NCBI RefSeq assembly: GCF_009914755.1
Contig: NC_060928.1
DNA length: 64,000 nucleotides
Origin: the human T2T-CHM13v2.0 reference genome, Homo sapiens
Strand: one strand, 5' to 3'
Shown here: piece by piece, positions 37,521-49,846 of the stretch
Layout: every line of letters starts with the position of its first letter
Position numbering within the stretch: the stretch's first letter is position 1
Notes under the pieces: model-generated
What the model saw: the letters and a program-made list of their open reading frames with translations, nothing else
What the model was told of the DNA's origin: nothing
Databases searched by the model: none
Made by a program: the position numbers and the translations under genes

Positions 37521-39681
37521 CACACCAACCTTTCACAAAACCCAAAACACCCTATTGTAGCGTCAGGGAGATGCTAAAGTCAGGCAAACCGGGGCAGATG
37601 AACCTTAAGGCCTAGGAGAAGAGGAAGTTCAGCAAAATGAGGAAAAGAGAGAAATCAGAATGTTTCTGCACAATGTCTGACTTGGGAGAGTTTTATTGAT
37701 CTCCTTGGAAAAATTGAAGTTCAGCAAAAATAGGTTTGCTCGTTATAAATCCCAGGGCTCTGGACTTCAGTGGGCTTTGTAAGAGATGTTTAAAATTGAA
37801 AGATAAAATTCCAGAGTCAAAATTTTATGAGTAACTTAGAATAGGGCTACATTGCCCCAGGACAACTGCCTGAAAGAGCTCCTCTTATTGCAGAAAACAC
37901 AAGCCCAGGCCCTTATTATAGCCCATCTCAGCTTAAAGAATCTTCTTGCAGCAAAAGTACACACTCCTCTTAAGTCGCCATTCAACACACACTCAGGCAA
38001 AAACTTAAACCTCCTAGCAGTATCCCATTAACCTCACAAATCCCCTTCATACCAGAAGCTGTGTCAGTCTTTAAAACCCAAAAGGCAGAGGGGAAAAGCT
38101 CACAGAATCCTTACAAGGATGTTGAGGTGTTACAGGCGTGTTCATGGAAGGAGCCTTTGATAAATTGAGCGTGAGTCTCTAAGAGAGAGAAGAGCCAAGA
38201 AGTCAGCCTCTTCCTCCCCTCAGATTTATGAATCTTCCCGCTAGAGGCAAAAGCATCACTCTGTCAAGATCAAAGCTCAGAGGGGTGAGAAGACCAGATA
38301 TTCTCCTGGGATGGGAGTATGTCTGTTTTATGTAACATACATGGTCTGTGTTCTAGAAAGCACATTGCATAGGAAACCCATTTTAATAGTCCCCATAAAA
38401 TAAATACTTCCTTTGCATTAAGAATACAAAAAGATGGAAATGCTCCTTGCTTGGAATGTATGAAGCAAAGGTTAAAAGTTCCACTGTGTTTTCTGCTCAC
38501 GGAAAATAACTTTTGATCCATCAGCCCAGAATCCAGATTTTTCTTGGAAGAACCAAACATGAGACTGAGAGCATTTGCAATACTTGGGCTGGCACAAGCT
38601 GTTGCCTTAAGGTACCTATTGTGTAAGAGTGTTTATAGTCATTGAAGTCAAAGTGGCTGCAAAGACTGACTTAAAAGATAATAACTACACTAGAGAGCCT
38701 TAATAGATTGCAGAACTCTGCACATTCTGGAAGACTATGTGTTCTGGAAGATTCTCTACATAAACACCACATGATTCACAAACTCATTGATATTCCCTCT
38801 TTAATATTTGCTATTTGGTGTGATGGTCATTAAAGAAAAGATGTTCGGCAATGCATGATTATGGAAAAAGAACAAAGGCTGAGAGAAACTAAATTCCCCA
38901 CTTTAAGAAAAGAAATCCAGAAAATAAAATGAAAATATCAAAGAGCTTGTGTCCCATGATACACATTTCAGCCAAATGCAGACATGTGCAACAAACAGCT
39001 CAGCCTTGTCTGAGTAACACCTCATTCCTCAACATTTGCAGAATTTGCAAAGGCTGACTGAGGACAAAAAGGATCATGGATTCAGAAGCTAAAGCACTGA
39101 ACTAGGCATCAAATGGCATTGCTTCTGACCTGGATCCAACCCTTCTTATTCATCTGTAAAATGGGAAAAATACTAATTGTATTGTCCAAATTACCTATTT
39201 ATCCATCTAGTCATTCATTTCTTTCAATCATTTTAACACATAAGGCATTGGGTACAAAGATCAATGCACTATGGGCCCTGCCCCCAGGGGGTTCTCAGTC
39301 AAGGATGGGGGGTGATATATGTACATGGAAAATAATATTCTTGTTGAGAATGGTAAGTGTCATATTACATAACAAATCTAATGAAATAGTATCACCAGCT
39401 GCCAAAATTTTAGAATCAAATTTGTAACCCTCTCTCTCACAAAAGCACAGGATATTATGGCATATCTTTTCTGTACCAACACCATTTCTGGTACCATCTC
39501 CTTTTCTGACTTTTATTTTCCTTTTGCCTAAATTTTCCAATTCATTTTAAGTTTATTATCTCTAGAAATATTGTCTAATCTTTGCAAATCCTTTCTTGAA
39601 CAATGAAGGTTGTAAATAAAGGGATATGTGGATGTCTTTAAAAAGCCATGATAAATATGCACTTGACTGATGTATACCGTA

Positions 39682-39834
39682 GGCTCGGCTCAGTGGCTCA
39701 TGTGCCTATAATCCTAGTGCTTTGGGAGGACAAGGCTGGAGGATTGCTTAAAGCCAGGAGTTTGAGCCCATCATGAGCTTTGATAGCACCACTGTACTCC
39801 AACCTGAATGACAGAGTGAGACCCTGTCTCTAAA
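39682..39834 (+). mobile_element. Alu monomer (FRAM-like or AluJ with arms fused)
   Basis: ~150 bp: Alu 5' start joined to 'caccactgtactccaacctg...acagagtgagaccctgtctc'. Confidence 0.85.
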
Positions 39835-39835
39835 T

Positions 39836-39867
<32 letters not shown>

Positions 39868-39892
39868 ACACACACAGAGAGAGAGAGAGAGA
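39836..39892. repeat. (CA)n(GA)n microsatellite in the Alu tail
   Basis: About 20 CA units then about 8 GA units. Confidence 0.95.
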
Positions 39893-40809
39893 AAGTTTTG
39901 TGATTGTGATGATGATTATTGGGATGCAAAATATTTTTACTCATATCAACATGAAATGTAAATTTATATAAATATATTCTCATAAAATATATAATAACAG
40001 TGGTTCCAAGCTAAAATAAATGATCTATATATGGCCAGAGTTTGGTAAACTGACAGCACTCATTGGCCATCCAGCTCAGCAAAGCAGCTGGGCATCAGAC
40101 TCTCCTTGTAACTGACCTCAATGTTCATAAGGTGAACCTGCTTCTCTGGAAACCTGTGTCTCCTCAGGACAGAATCCCAGACCCAGTCTCCAGGCTCTGA
40201 CCTCCTCTGTTCTTAGACAAGAACCTGACAGAATCTTCTCCCTGAGCAAGAGGCAAGAGATAAGAGAACAAGTAAACACACACACCCTCAACGACTCAGG
40301 GGCAAGCAAACCTCGGGCTGGTCCCTGAACCTAAACTCCCATCCTCCTTGCTCTCCTTCTCTGTTACTTATCTTCAAAGTCCAGTCCAAATGCCACCTCC
40401 ATGAAGCCCTCCTTCCCCAAGACTAAGCAAAATAGTCTGCTATCTTGTCCCTGCTCCCAGCCTCTATTACAAAATCACTGCATTTTCTTTGCAGTTAGTT
40501 CTCCCTCTGACTAGCGTTGTCCGCCAAGCAGGGACTTCACAGAACCCATTTTAGTAACCCCTGGAAACACTTCCCCCAGCAAAGAGCATGTTGTCCAGAA
40601 CTTGCCCAGTGAATGTTGATTAAATTACTTCTTTTCAGTTTTCCTTTATTTTCCCCCTAACTATTTGGAAAGCAAATTACAACACTAAATCTCCTCTAAG
40701 AAAGGAATCCTCAAGTATTATTTGCCAGGCCAATAGGCAGGAACATGGTGGTGGCTTCAGCTGAAAGTGAGAACAATTGCTACAAGGGACCACATTTCAT
40801 TTCTAGCAT

Positions 40810-41385
40810 GGTGAAGACGAAATAGCACTGGGTGGCACCCAATGGGTCTGAGTTCAAATCCTGAGTCTTTAATTCAGAATCTGTGTCTCCACCCATTCAG
40901 GCTGCTATAACAAAATACCATAAACAACAGAAAATTATTTCTCACGGCTGAGGAGGCTGGGAAGTTCAAGACCCAGGTGGCAGCAGGGGAGATTCAGGGT
41001 CCGATAAGGGCCTATTCCTCGTAGAAGATGCCTTCTCACTGTGTCCTCACATGGCAGAAGGGGCAGGGGAGCTCTCTATGATCTCTCCTCTAAGGGCACT
41101 AATTCCACGCAGGAAATCTCTACTCACATGATTCACCTCCCAAAAGTGCCCCTTCCTTGTGGGTTGGGATTTCAACATATGAATTTTGAAGGGACACAAA
41201 TATTCAGACCATGGCCCCTTGTAAGTAAGCAAATAAGTCTTTGAACCTTTTTAACTTTGTTTTACCATCTGTAAAACTAGGACTCTTAGGCCCAACTCCA
41301 GGATTGTAAAGAGGATTCAATGAGAGGGCATATAAAGGAGCCTGCCCAGGCCTAGAGCACAGTAGTCATTCAATAAATGTGGCTT
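40810..41385 (+). mobile_element. MIR split by an MLT1A LTR
   Basis: 'tctgagttcaaatcctg' before the LTR; 'catctgtaaaa...ggattgtaaagaggattcaatgaga...cattcaataaatgt' after it. Confidence 0.65.
40884..41216 (-). mobile_element. MLT1A (MaLR) solo LTR
   Basis: 'cattcaggctgctataacaaaataccata...ggaggctgggaagttcaaga...gtgtcctcacatggcagaagggg...atttcaacatatgaatttt..gggacacaaatattcagaccat'. Confidence 0.88.
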
Positions 41386-42329
41386 CCTTCCGACCCTCAA
41401 ATGAGGAAGCCCAACTAATCCCATCCTCCTATAAAGGAGGGAAAAATATGTATGAAGAAAGAATTGTGCAATGTCAGGAAAGAGAGGGCGCATTTGTATA
41501 AAGACCCATTCCTGCTCATGTAGGTATAACTGAATAATTCATGTTTGCACCCAAAGCAATTAAATGGCCAAGTCCCACAGACATCCATCTATGCCTTAGA
41601 CATGGGAATTTATATTAAATTTTTAGTATGCTTAGGATACATAATTCTAAAACTAAATAAGATTGAGCCAATGATGAAAAGCATACCATTTTTTAAAAGT
41701 CAAGTTTTGAATGTTTTTCTTAACAGAGCATTAGTGTGCCTCTCTTATACATGGCACTTAAACCATCTGCTCTATTTTTTCTTAAAGACATAACGAAAAG
41801 AAGTCCAATCGTAATTGGCAGTAAGAAAAATTGCATTCCTCCTGCCCTTTGCTCAGGCATACAGCCATCGAAGTGTTATGCCATAAAATTTAATTTTTGA
41901 GTTTTGAATGATTTACAGTGGAACAGAACTTATAAATCAGAACAGTAACCATTACTATGAATAGAGATGTATGTTTTTCTAAATGTCTAAATGAAATACT
42001 TTGAAACACACTAAAAGACCGGCACAGTTCCCCAAAGGCTGCCATAATTGAAGTTAATCATGCTTATTTGGACAGAAGGACCCTTACTGACACCTACGCA
42101 CCTCCCCCTTCTTAAAATGAAGTGATCAAATCGTCATCATCTTTTCTTATGAAAGTAGTTAATCATGGCAATATATCAAACTCTTGCAGCTCAGGTTCTA
42201 GCCTTGTCTGCTAAGTTTGCAAATCTTTTCTAATATCTTTGAATGTGTCTTTAATCAGATGCAATTCTTAAAATAGTTAGAATACCTAGAGCATCATCAC
42301 GTGAAAGCCAATAAAGATTTTCTTCTTTT

Positions 42330-42660
42330 CTTTTACATCCCAATAGCCAATCCAGTAGCAAGTCCTCTACATTTTGCCACTTCCGTCCACCTCTCAATTT
42401 CTCATCCCTTCATCTCTCACTCTGACGACTGTAACTGCCCCTAACTGCCTTCCTGCCTCCGTTGTGGGAAGAGAGTGGGAGTGGGCTGTGCAAAACATGA
42501 ATTTCATTGTGGTATTCCCTTTCTTTAACTTCTCCAATGGCTCCCCATTGCACTTAGAATCAAAGCCTACCTTCTCACCTGTGGCTTACAGGGCCCTACA
42601 TGAGCCTGGCCTCACGGCCCTTATCTCTTTCCAGTCTCTCCTTTTGATTCTCCTATTCTG
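42330..42660 (+). mobile_element. L2 relic
   Basis: 'caagtcct...ctaactgccttcctgcctcc...caatggctccccattgcacttagaatcaaag...gtggcttacagggccctacatga'. Confidence 0.6.
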
Positions 42661-42694
42661 CAAACATACCACTTTGTACACACCTCATGACCCC

Positions 42695-42866
42695 AAATTT
42701 GTGAAAAATTCTAGATGGACAGATAGAGACAGACGGATTTATATAGGAAGGATAAAGACCATTAATATCCTTTATCTCTGGCAGATGGGGGTATAGGTAA
42801 TTTTATTTTCTTCTTTATACCTGACTGTTTTACAAAATTTTGAAAATGAACATGTATTATTTCAGA
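42695..42866 (+). mobile_element. L1ME-type 3' end
   Basis: 'ttatctctgg...gggggtataggtaattttattttcttcttta...aatgaacatgtattatt'. Confidence 0.6.
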
Positions 42867-43280
42867 GGTTTCATGCAGAAAGGACTTCAGACATATTCTA
42901 GGAGACTACAAAGAGCAGAACTAGGACTTTTAGGTGCAAGCTCACTAAGGACATTAAGATTTGTGTCTTTAAGTTCCATAGAACAGGGATGTTCAAGTTT
43001 TAGTTATCTGCAGGTCTTTCACAGTGACTGGCCAATCAAAACATCTGTTGAGTAGCTATGCTCTGATTCCTTTCCCCTGAAATGTGAACAAAGGGCACTT
43101 GGAGCCAGCATGAAGCAATGCAGATAAAGCACAGCTGCTGAAAACAGCAGTCAGAATTAGAGAGAGACTCTGAAATGGGTTAGCAAGCATCTGGTAATAT
43201 TAACAAATACCGTACTTGAATGTTTTCCTCTTTCCAACCAGATTGTAAACTCTATAAAGGCAGGGATCATAACTATGCAT

Positions 43281-44075
43281 CTTATTTGTTCAACAAATAT
43301 TTACTATCTACTACATACAAACATTGTTTTAGGTGTTGAGAATACAGCAGTGAAGACTCAGCCTTTGCCCCATGGAATTGCATTCTAATGGGCAGAAAAA
43401 GTAAGTAAACAAATTGCTAATGGTAGTAGAGAGTGATAAATGACACCAGAGAATCAAAAATAGAGGAATGCAAAAGATGGAGCAGCTCATTTAGGTAGGA
43501 TGACGAGAAACACTTCTAGAAAGAGTCTACACTAGACCCGAGACATAAATGATAAGAAGGAGCCAGCGGCAAGACATTGCAGTAAAGAGGCTTCCAGGCA
43601 GGGGGATGGCTGGGGTCAAAGCTGTGACAAATGCAATGCTAGTGTGATGAGCTCAGGAGGCAGAGCATGAGCAGCACTGCTAGGAGATGAGATCAGTGAT
43701 ATATGGGAATGGGGCAGATTATGAAAGGTCTTACCCATTGTGGTAAGGAGTTTGTTTGTTGTTTTTTCCCAAGTGCAAGGAAGAGCCATTGGGTAATTTG
43801 AAGCACAGGAGTAAAATGCCCCCATCTAGCTTTTGGAAAACCCACTCTGGCCGCTGTGTGGGGAGTGGATTAGTGGACATAGGAGTTAGGAGGCTATCAC
43901 TAAAATGATGAGGTATTGGGCTATGACGGTAGCTTTGGAGAAGAAAGAAAGGAATGGCTTCTAGGCTGGAGGTGGCACTGACAGGATCAGAAATGGAGTA
44001 GGTGTGGAAATATTGAGAATAAGGAAAAACAAGGATCAAGCCTGACTTCTAGGTTTGGAGTTTATTGACAGGTAG
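43281..44075 (-). mobile_element. L2a 3' region
   Basis: 'ttcaacaaatatttact...taggtgttgagaatacagcagtgaa...gaaggagccagc...ggggcagattatg...agagccattgg...cactctggccgctgtgtgg'. Confidence 0.8.
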
Positions 44076-44270
44076 GTCCCCAGCACCCAGTTCAGGTTCT
44101 GACACAATGAGCACTTGGTGATGATTGAGTGAGTGAATTAATCAATGCATGGATACATAATAGAACGATCATGAGAAGCAAAGCATAGAGCAGTTCTATG
44201 TGTATGGGGTGGGTAAGCGAAGCAGCAATCATGTTCCTCACTTCCTGAGTCCTTGTCAGGCATTTTGCAG

Positions 44271-44308
44271 GAGGACAGCACTGGGGAGGACAGCACTGGG
44301 GAGGACAG
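44271..44308. repeat. 15-bp tandem repeat GAGGACAGCACTGGG x2.5
   Basis: Exact copies at 44271 and 44286, partial copy at 44301. Confidence 0.9.
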
Positions 44309-44329
44309 GGCTTGAGAGCTGGTAGAGTT

Positions 44330-44472
44330 CACTGAGTCATGGAGTCAGACGGACCTGTGTTTAAGACCTAGCTCTGACATTCACTCACCATTTTCCCTTG
44401 TATTACTTTTTCAGCATCGCTGAGCCTCAGTTTACTTATCTGTAAAATGGGGATAATTATATCAACCTCATA
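44330..44472 (+). mobile_element. MIR SINE
   Basis: 'ggagtcagacggacctg...cctagctctg...ctgagcctcagtttacttatctgtaaaatggggataat'. Confidence 0.8.
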
Positions 44473-46611
44473 ATCCACCCTTTGCTGCATTTGGCTTGTG
44501 TGACCATGGGCAAGCCACCCATGGTCACATGGTGGCTCTAAGCTTCAATTTCCTGATCTGTAAGATGAAGCACTGCTACTTCTGTCACAAGACAGTTGGA
44601 AAATTAAAAAAAAAAATTAAAAAACAGATGAGTAAAAAAAATGCTTTGTCATCCTTCAGGACAACATGGACTCCAGCACAGCTCTTCTGCCAAGATCTGA
44701 GTCAGCAAAACCAGGTAAGAGGAGAAGTGTCCTTCTGTGACCAAACCAACCTCCATGCTTGCTTGAAGCCACAATCCCTTTTCACAAAGCCCCACGTTAC
44801 CATTATTTCTGGCTGTCAGGGTTCCAACAGGGGCAGAGCCATGTTCCACAGATGTCTGTCAGAATGTGAAGAGCAAAGGTTTAAAAATGTCAGAAAGGAG
44901 AGGTCTGAGAGCCCCATGGAGTCCTCAGTGCAGCCTGCATGAAGAGCATTGCATTATGGGTACTCCAGGACTAATTGAGGATGACAGGTTGGATAAATGT
45001 ATTTATAGCTGCAAAACCCAGAGCTTTCTGGCTTGCGCCCTGTCCTGCTCTAATTGCCCCACACCTGAGGCCCACTGGGCAGGCAGGCAGGCGGGTGGGG
45101 AAGGGAGGCACCAGAGAGCTTCAAGGGCCAGAGGACCAGATATAAATCCCATCCAGACTTCCTTTCCTAAACCCAGGAAATACCAGTCAATTTATATCTC
45201 ATCATCTTAACCCTGCAGGTCTGGTTAATGGTTTGACCCATGTATTCTTTCCTTTTCCAAAATCTTGTCCCATTCCCTCTTAACTTGATTTACTCTACTT
45301 ACTCCAGCTGCTGACTTTGGCAGGTTCTCCAGCTCTCAACCGACCACTGCATGCAGGCATCATCCTGAATGCCTTCCACTGCAGCAATGGTGCAATTGCT
45401 CTCACTACAAGCTCAAGAAAGTGCCCACTCTCATAACTTGAGCTGGAAAAACACCTTCCCCCAGCCCCACCCCTTTTCACTTTCAACACCCAGGCACACT
45501 TTGGGGCGCAGCATGAAAGGCCAGGCTAAAAGGGACTTGTATTTTTACACCATATTTGAGTTAGCTGTTTTATCTGGACGTGAACCTGAGCAGGGAAAGG
45601 AGGGGGGCAGAGAGGGGCTTTATGAACTCAAAACCAAAATAGACCATTTAAGCAGGACTTGAGTGAAGTCACCGAATGTGCTGTGGAAAATACTTTCAAG
45701 GCATTTTATAAATTTTGCACCCAAAAAGCTGCCTCGGCCAAATTGGACTAACAGCTTTCAGATATTCAAATCCTCCATTTTTCCGTGATTTTTCTTATGG
45801 CTTAGGAACTTAAGAAAACAATGAGAACGTGTCCTGAAATGTTACACGTTACATGAGCACATCATGCAAGCTCACTTTCCTACAAATGAGCCACAAAAAT
45901 TACAGGCTGTGCAAAAGTGACCTTCTCAGAGTTCTCCCTCCTTCTTCACCCTCATCTTCTCTTCCTTCTCACTGCTACCATTAACATTAATTAACCATAC
46001 CACGAATGGCTTCAGCCTCCTGGGTTCCGGGTCTAAACGTGCTTCTCCAGCGGCCCCACTGATAACCTAGCTACCAATTTCAGTTCCTTGGTGGTTTCCC
46101 TGAGAAATCTACTCAAAAACACAAAAATGTCATGAATTTGATAGATTTCACCAAATTTGCTGTGTCCATGCATCCTGTCTCATCTCTCACATCCCCTTGA
46201 TGAAGGACAATGCCACTGGGCAATGGCCCCTGCTTCTCACATATATGTCCTCTCTGCAGGTCTTTGGCCTCCTCCTGAGAGAGGCCCCTGCCCTTCCTCG
46301 GCCCTTCATTTCAGTTCTAGCCACCCAAGTCCTCCCCCCATCATAAGGCCTGGCTCGCTGCCACCTCCCCCAAGACTGTCCCATCTCTGACTCTCTCCTG
46401 AGCATTTCATCTGCTTCCTTGCTGCCAAATGCAGCTCTTTCTATCTTGGCTAAGACAGCTGGTTTGTTCCAGGTGAGTGTCCTCGCTCTGGGACTCGTTA
46501 GCTACATGATCTTAAGCAAATATCTTAAATTTCCCAAGCCTCAGTTCCCTCCATTGCAAAATACAAATAGCATGTATCTCATAGAGTGGTATAAAAAATA
46601 AACATAAAACC

Positions 46612-46908
46612 TGCTGGGCGCAGTGGCTTGCATCTGTAATCCCAGTGCTTAGGGAGGCTGAGGCAGGTGGATCATTTGAGCTCAGGAGTGTGAGACCAGC
46701 CTGGGCAACAAGGTGAAACCCTGTTTCTACAAAAATCCAAAAATTAGCCAGGCATGGTGGCACACATCTGTAGTCCCTGCTACTTAGGGGGCTGAGGCAG
46801 AAGGATCACCTGAGCCCAGGAGGTTGAGGCTGCAGTGAGCCAAGACTGTGCCACTGCACTCCAGCCTTGTCAACAGAGTGAAACTCTGTCTCAAAAAAAA
46901 AAAAAAAA
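46612..46908 (+). mobile_element. AluJ inserted in a MIR (about 46475-46990)
   Basis: Full dimer with 'ggatcatttgagctcaggag', 'gaggttgaggctgcagtgagc' and polyA. Confidence 0.96.
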
Positions 46909-47156
46909 CAAATTTAACAAAAATTTATGCGAGGCTCTTCACACAGTGACTAGTGCATCCTAAGTTTCAGTAAGGGTAAGCTGTTGGTTTATTTATAGAC
47001 TAGTCATGTACATACTTGTGTCTAATCATATCTTCTTTACTATATCATAAGCTTCTTAAAATCAAGGTTAATATACAGTCTGCCTTTGTATCTCTCACTA
47101 CTCTCACTAGAAGTGACTGGCATATATGCGCCAAGTACAGTGCTTACTACTTTGGG

Positions 47157-47489
47157 CAAGTGTCCCTCAATATCCACGGGGGATTGGTCTTAGTACCTCC
47201 CATGGATACAAAAATCCACAGATGCTCAAGTCCTCTACATAAAATGATATAGTATTTTCATATAATCTAAGCACATCCTCCTATATACTTTAAATCATCT
47301 CTTGAATATTTATAACACATAATACAATGCAAATGCTATGTAAATAGTTGTTACACACTATTGTTTAGAGAATAATGACAAGAAAAAAAACTCTGCCATT
47401 GCTCAGTACAGGCTCAATTTTTAAATATTTTCAATCTGTGGTGGGTTGAATCCACGGACATAAAACCCACAGATACAGAGGGCCAACTG
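47157..47489 (+). mobile_element. MER2 (TcMar-Tigger)
   Basis: 'gtccctcaatatccacgggggattgg...aaatccacagatgctcaagtcc...tactttaaatcatctc...aaatgctatgtaaatagttgtt...gatacagagggccaactg' followed by TA. Confidence 0.9.
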
Positions 47490-47497
47490 TATGTGTT

Positions 47498-47960
47498 TGT
47501 GACAGTCAGTTTTACGTGCCAACTAGGCTAGGCCAAAGCACCCAAATGGTCAATCAAACATTAAGTGAGGTGTTGTTGCTAATGTGTTTTGTACATATGA
47601 TTAATCTCTATAATCAGTTGCCTTTAAGTAACGATTATCCTAAAAATAAATCTGGGTTGGCCTGATTCAGTTGGTGGGAAGGTCTTAAGAGCAGAGCTGA
47701 GATTTCCTGGAAAAACAATTCTACCTTTAGACTGAAGTGTCATCCCTGATAGCCACACTGGATTTCAGACTTGGCTAGCCAGCCCCCACAATGGCTGTAA
47801 GGCATTTTTTTGCAAGAAATCTTTTTCTCTCAACATATAGATGTGTGTGTTTATACGTATATACATACATATGTAGTGTCTATGTGTGATATATAATATA
47901 TACATCTATATACACATCTCCTACTGGTTATGTTCCTCTAGTGGAACCCTGACTGATATA
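47498..47960 (+). mobile_element. MLT2E/F-type ERVL solo LTR
   Basis: 'tgtgacagtcagttttacgtgccaactaggctagg...taagagcagagctgag...ctcctactggtt...gtggaaccctgactgatata'; TSD GTGTT/GCATT (CpG decay of GCGTT). Confidence 0.8.
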
Positions 47961-48000
47961 GCATTAATACACTATTTTTGTGTCAGTATCAGTAGCAGTG

Positions 48001-48446
48001 TGTGAAGGTTAATTTTATGTGTCAGTTTGGCTGGGTTGCAATGTCCAAGTATGTGATCAAACATTATTCTGGATGTTTCTGAGAGGGCATTTTCGGGTTA
48101 AATTAACATTTAAATCAGTAGACTTTGAGTAAAGCAGACTGCCTCTATTCTGTTGGTGGGCCTCAATCAATCAGTTGGAGTCCTAAGTAGAAGAGAAGAC
48201 AGATCTGCCTCTAATAAGAGGACTATTGTCAGCAGATGGCCTTCAGACATGAACTGCAATATTAGCTATTCCCTCACTCTCAACTCTGCTGACCTTCCAT
48301 GAAGAGTTTGGACTTCCCAGTCTCCATAATTGTGTGAGCCAATTTCTTAAATATTTTTCTCTCTATATACACAACTCTCTCTCTCTATTTTTTTCTCTAT
48401 ATATATGCTGTGGATTCTGCTTCTCTGGAGAACCCTGACTAATACA
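48001..48446 (+). mobile_element. MLT2C/D-type ERVL solo LTR
   Basis: 'tgtgaaggttaattttatgtgtcag...aacattattctggatgtttctg...gactttgagtaaagcagactgc...ctctggagaaccctgactaataca'; TSD CAGTG/CAGTA. Confidence 0.88.
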
Positions 48447-48600
48447 CAGTATTTGAATGGGTCTTGCTATTGGAATTGCTATTGGCAATTCTATTGCTGT
48501 CGGTATCTGCATCAGTATTAGTACAAGTATTAGCGCTGGTGTCAGTATAAGTATCAGCTTAGTATCAGTATTTGCATTATTAGGATTAGGACTGACATCC
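48447..48600. repeat. Degenerate hexamer repeat (ATCAGT/ATTAGT/ATTGCT)n
   Basis: 6-bp periodic 'atcagtattagtacaagtattagc...gtcagtataagtatcagcttagtatcagtatt'. Confidence 0.6.
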
Positions 48601-49674
48601 TAGTTTATAATCAAAACTAGCTAGTGTCAGAGAGAAATGTCTTTGAAACCTGAATTCTAATCATGATCTGTGAAATAACCAAAGGCCTTCCCATTTCCCC
48701 ATCCTGTCTCCCAAGCCCAGGGGTTAACACCTGGAAGGCATTCAATAAATGCTTACCCAGCCAAAGTTGAACAAACTGGATGATGTGCAACATCCAATTT
48801 CCTTGTAGTACGGAAAATTTAAGGAGACAGACACTTCAGGGACTCTCCTTTAAACTGAGCATTTTCATGAGTCCAAGAAAAGTCCCTTAAAATAGCTTCC
48901 ACTGGAGCAAAGAGAAGTCCATGAAGCCAGAACACATTATAGATGAGAGTCATCACACATGTGTGCTATAGGTCAAGTATTAAAAGGATAAATGCTCTAT
49001 GCAGGAAACATCTGAAATACTTGTGTTATGAATGGGCTTCCCAGTAGGTAGATGATAGTTACCAGCCTCAAGTATGGCTGTTTTCACCCATCAACAATAA
49101 ATGGCCACAGGAGACCCTGCCTGTGTAACAGGGAGAGAGATACCCCATTCATCTGAAGTCTCCTTTTCCCGGTTTGGGGTCCTTTGAGTCAGAAACTTTC
49201 CTCTTGTGTCAACAATGCTTAGGTGAATGTTTAATTTAATATACACCATCTGAGGACCCAAGAGAAAACACTGGGATGTTTTTTTCATGAAATAACCATA
49301 TCCCAACTATCAAATTAAATTGAAAATGCAATGTACAGACAAATAAACCATGTCATGGTTGATGTTAGCACTGGTCATTAACAAATATATGTTTCTCCTA
49401 GATGGAGGGAAAGTAAGAAAGGAGAAAACAATGGACCTGAAGTATATTTTACACATAGGCACTTGGTGAAGTGCCTTCATGCAATTACGTGATTTTCTTC
49501 TTCTCTCACCTCAAAATGGGCCAGGCTATTCCAAGCCCTGCCATTGTTCAGATATCATTCCTCTACCAAGAATACCATTCTCCTCAGCCCCTTTTCTTTA
49601 TCTAGAGGACACACATTTTTGGGGAATCAGGCTGTAATCTTCGGCCATGGCTGGTATTCAACATCATGTGAGAT

Positions 49675-49846
49675 TAGAGTTGCAAGATTTAGCAAATAAA
49701 AATGCAAATTTGAATTTCAGAAAACAATAAATATTTTCAGCATACATTCCATGAAACACTTGAAGCAAATTCATTTTAAAAATCATTTGCTCCTTCTCTG
49801 AAGTGCAAATTTTACTGGTCCTTCTGCATTTCACCTGACAACACTA
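49675..49846. mobile_element. MER53 palindromic hAT MITE
   Basis: 'tagagttgcaagatttagcaaataaaaat...aaatttgaatttcag' ... 'ctgaagtgcaaattt...cctgacaacacta'. Confidence 0.82.

Noticed and set aside
44271-44308. Direct repeats resembling a CRISPR array or minisatellite
   Set aside because: Only 2.5 adjacent 15-bp units with no spacers; simple slippage duplication in eukaryotic DNA
46040-46065. CTCF-like GC motif (ctccagcggccccactg)
   Set aside because: Poor match to the CTCF core; cannot be supported without a PWM scan
47498-48446. Possible deleted provirus bounded by two LTRs
   Set aside because: The LTRs differ in sequence type and each has its own TSD
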